From Phyllobates terribilis (Eukaryota), in contig NW_027362761.1 of assembly GCF_046119375.1 (NCBI RefSeq), positions 582,118,001 through 582,182,000 of the forward strand: a DNA stretch of 64,000 nucleotides, in the 5' to 3' direction. The position numbers were made by a program, and so were the translations under genes. This document shows, piece by piece, positions 61,072-64,000 of the stretch. Numbering within the stretch: the first letter of the stretch is position 1; every line of letters starts with the position of its first letter. The notes below the pieces were generated by a model, which had not been told where the DNA came from, ran no database searches, and saw only the letters and a list, made by a program, of their open reading frames with translations.

Positions 61072-63898
61072 TCATCTGCCCGCTGTGTCCAGGTATTTAT
61101 TTATTGCAGCTTCTAAGACCGACACCGCAAAATCCGCATCTTCCTTTGTGATGCACATTGGAGGTTTGATCCGGAATGTCTGCAGAAAAAACGTAAAAAA
61201 ATAATAATTAAATATATAATTATACACTGCTCAAAAAAATAAAGGGAACACCGAAATAACCCATCCTAGATACCACTGAATGAATGAAATCTTCTCATTG
61301 AATACTTTGTTCTGTACAAAGTTGAATGCGCTGACAACAAAATCACACAAAAATCATCAATGGAAATCACATTTATTAACCAATGGAGGCCTGGATTTGG
61401 AGTCACCCCCAAAATTAAAGTGGAAAAACACACTACAGGCTGATCCAACTTTGATGTAATGTCCTTAAAACAAGTCAAAATGAGGCTCAGTATTGTGTGT
61501 GGCCTCCACGTGCCTGTATGACCTCCCTACAACGCCTGGGCATGCTCCTGATGAGGCTGAGTATTGTGTGTGGCCTCCACGTGCCTGTATGACCTCCCTA
61601 CAACGCCTGGGCATGCTCCTGATGAGGCTGAGTATTGTGTGTGGCCTCCACGTGCCTTTATGACCTCCCTACAACGCCTGGGCATGCTCCTGATGAGGCT
61701 GAGTATTGTGTGTGGCCTCCACGTGCCTGTATGACCTCCCTACAACGCCTGGGCATGCTCCTGATGAGGCTGAGTATTGTGTGTGGCCTCCACGTGCCTG
61801 TATGACCTCCCTACAACGCCTGGGCATGCTCCTGATGAGGTTGAGTATTGTGTGTGGCCTCCACGTGCCTGTATGACCTCCCTATAACGCCTGGGCATGC
61901 TCCTGATGAGGTTGAGTATTGTGTGTGGCCTCCACGTGCCTGTGTGACCTCCCTACAATGCCTGGGCATGCTCCTGATGAGGTTGAGTATTGTGTGTGGC
62001 CTCCACGTGCCTGTGTGACCTCCCTACAACGCCTGGGCATGCTCCTGATGAGGTTGCGGATGGTCTCCTGTGGGATCTCTTCCCAGACCTGGACTAAAGC
62101 ATCCGCCAACTCCTGGACAGTCTGTGGTGCAACGTGACGTTGGTGGTTGGAGCGAGACATGATGTCCCAGATGTGCTCAATCGGATTCAGGTCTGGGGAA
62201 CGGGCGGGCCAGTCCATAGCTTCAATGCCTTCATCTTGTGGGAACTGCTGACACACTCCAGCCACATGAGGTCTGGCATTGTCCTGCATTAGGAGGAACC
62301 CAGGGCCAACCGCACCAGCATATGGTCTCACAAGGGGTCTGAGGATCTCATCTTGGTACCTAATGGCAGTCAGGCTACCTCTGGTGAGCACATGGAGGGC
62401 TGTGCGGCCCTCCAAAGAAATGCCACCCCACACCATTACTGACCCACTGCCAAACCGGTCATGCTGAAGGATGTTGCAGGCAGCAGATCGCTCTCCACGG
62501 CGTCTCCTGGCTCTGTCACGTCTGTCACATCTGCTCAGTGTGAACCTGCTTTCATCTGTGAAGAGCACAGGGCGCCAGTGGCGACTTTGCCAATCCTGGT
62601 GTTCTGTGGCAAATGCCAAGCGTCCTGCACGGTGTTGGGCTGTGAGCACAACCCCCATCTGTGGACGTCGGGCCCTCATACCACCCTCATGGAGTCGGTT
62701 TCTAACCGTCTGTGCAGACACCTGCACATTTGTGGCCTGCTGGAGGTCATTTTACAGGGCTCTGGTAGTGCTCCTCCAGCTCCTCCTTGCACAAAGGCGG
62801 AGGTAGCGGTCCTGCTGTTGGGTTGTTGCCCTCCTACGGCTCCCTCCACGTCTCCGGGTGTACTGGCCTGTCTCCTGGTAGCGCCTCCAGCCTCTGACAG
62901 ACACAGCAAACCTTCTTGCCACACCTCGCATTGATGTGCCATCCTGGATGAGCTGCACTACCTGAGCAACTTCTGTGGGTTGTAGAGTCCGTCTCATGCT
63001 ACCACGAGTGTGAAAGCACAACCAACATTCAAAAGTGACCAAAACATCAGCCAGACAGCACTGGTACTGAGATGTGGTCTGTGGTCACCACCTGCAGAAC
63101 CACTCCTTTATTGAGGGTGTCTTGATAATTGCCAATAATTTCCATCTATTGTCTATTCCATTTGCACAACAGCATGTGAAATTGATTGTCAATCAGTGTT
63201 TCTTCCTAAGTGGACAGTTTGATTTCACAGAAGTTTGATTTACTTGGAGTTATATTCTGTTGTTTAAGTGTTCCCTTTATTTTTTGAGCAGTGTATATAG
63301 CTGTACAGTAGATAACACAGGATCCACCATTCACAATAAGTGATGTCACAGCTCACCTCCTCCTCCTGTACAATGACTGATAAATCCTCTATATACAGTA
63401 GATAACACAGGGTCCACCATTCACAATAGGTGATGTCACAGCTCACCTCCTCCTCCTCCTGTACAATGACTGATAAATCCTCTATATACAGTAGATAACA
63501 CAGGGTCCACCATTCACAATAGGTGATGTCACAGCTCACCTCCTCCTCCTCCTGTACAATGACTGATAACACCCCTATATACAGTAGATAGCACAGGATC
63601 CACCATTCACAATAGGTGATGTCACAGCTCACCTCCTCCTTTAATAAGGGTGAGGGGGCGCATCAAGGTGGAGAATGAAGGCAGAGATTTGTGTCCCTCT
63701 CCACTCCTAAGGGAGTGATGGAAGCACCGGGGTCGGGGTGAGACCCCCTTATTGGATGGGTAGTTCTTCTCATGAGACGCAGTTAGAGGGGTAACTTACG
63801 TTGTTGTACAATCCTCCTTTTCCGCACAACACCCCGAGGTGGCGGCAGTGCTCCCAGATAACGTTCAGCTCCTCTGCGGGGAGCGGCCTCCGGGTTTT
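61072..63898 (-). CDS. AGXT2: Alanine-glyoxylate aminotransferase 2, last two exons (gene continues off the right edge)
   Basis: 63898-63800 [33 protein letters not shown]; 61179-61072 [35 protein letters not shown]; canonical splice sites; tail-to-tail with DNAJC21 as in human. Confidence 0.92.
61225..63293 (-). mobile_element. Full-length Tc1 DD34E element (CACTGCTC-TIR family), copy B, in the last AGXT2 intron
   Basis: ~27-bp TIRs CACTGCTCAAAAAA(A)TAAAGGGAACAC, TA both sides; transposase with premature TAA at ~62752, then LFTDESRF and MQDNARPH...SPDLNPIE. Confidence 0.93.
61486..62053 (-). repeat. 8 x 71-bp tandem units spanning the transposase C-terminus and stop
   Basis: ATGAGG marker at 61480, 61551, 61622, 61693, 61764, 61835, 61906, 61977, 62048; same unit as 43292-44281. 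Confidence 0.95.
63295..63640 (+). repeat. ~86-89 bp tandem repeat, ~4 units
   Basis: TATATACAGTAGATAACACAGG(A/G)TCCACCATTCACAATAGGTGATGTCACAGCTCACCTCCTCCTCC... with variable CCT number. Confidence 0.88.
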
Positions 63899-64000
63899 CT
63901 GGAGAAGTAAAAATTAAAAAATAATATTAATAAACTGTTAACGGGAATTGCCTGGTTTAATAGAAGGGAGTCCACATTCTAAACCATCATCTATTGGCCT

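Overview
Vertebrate genomic DNA, most likely a frog scaffold (inferred from the repeat families and synteny), with two N-gaps (5787-5942, 35804-35957). Four spliced genes can be rebuilt exon by exon with canonical GT-AG sites: BRIX1 (-, 10 exons, 341 aa), RAD1 (-, 5 coding exons, 281 aa), DNAJC21 (+, 12 exons, 538 aa; head-to-head with RAD1 across a short bidirectional promoter) and the last two exons of AGXT2 (-). The rest is dominated by repeats. There are seven Tc1-superfamily elements from five families, including a divergent inverted pair of DD38E (Intruder-type) elements, one with an intact 350-aa transposase ORF, and two copies of a family carrying a 71-bp tandem array across its own stop codon. 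Also present: the 5' LTR, tRNA-Lys primer-binding site and leader of a probable endogenous retrovirus at the left edge, two solo LTRs with TSDs, hAT/Harbinger/T2-type MITEs, and many minisatellites including an ~8 kb 32-bp pyrimidine-rich array. All very long ORFs in the supplied track other than the transposases are repeat artefacts. No single clearly new biological system is proven; the best candidates are listed as findings.
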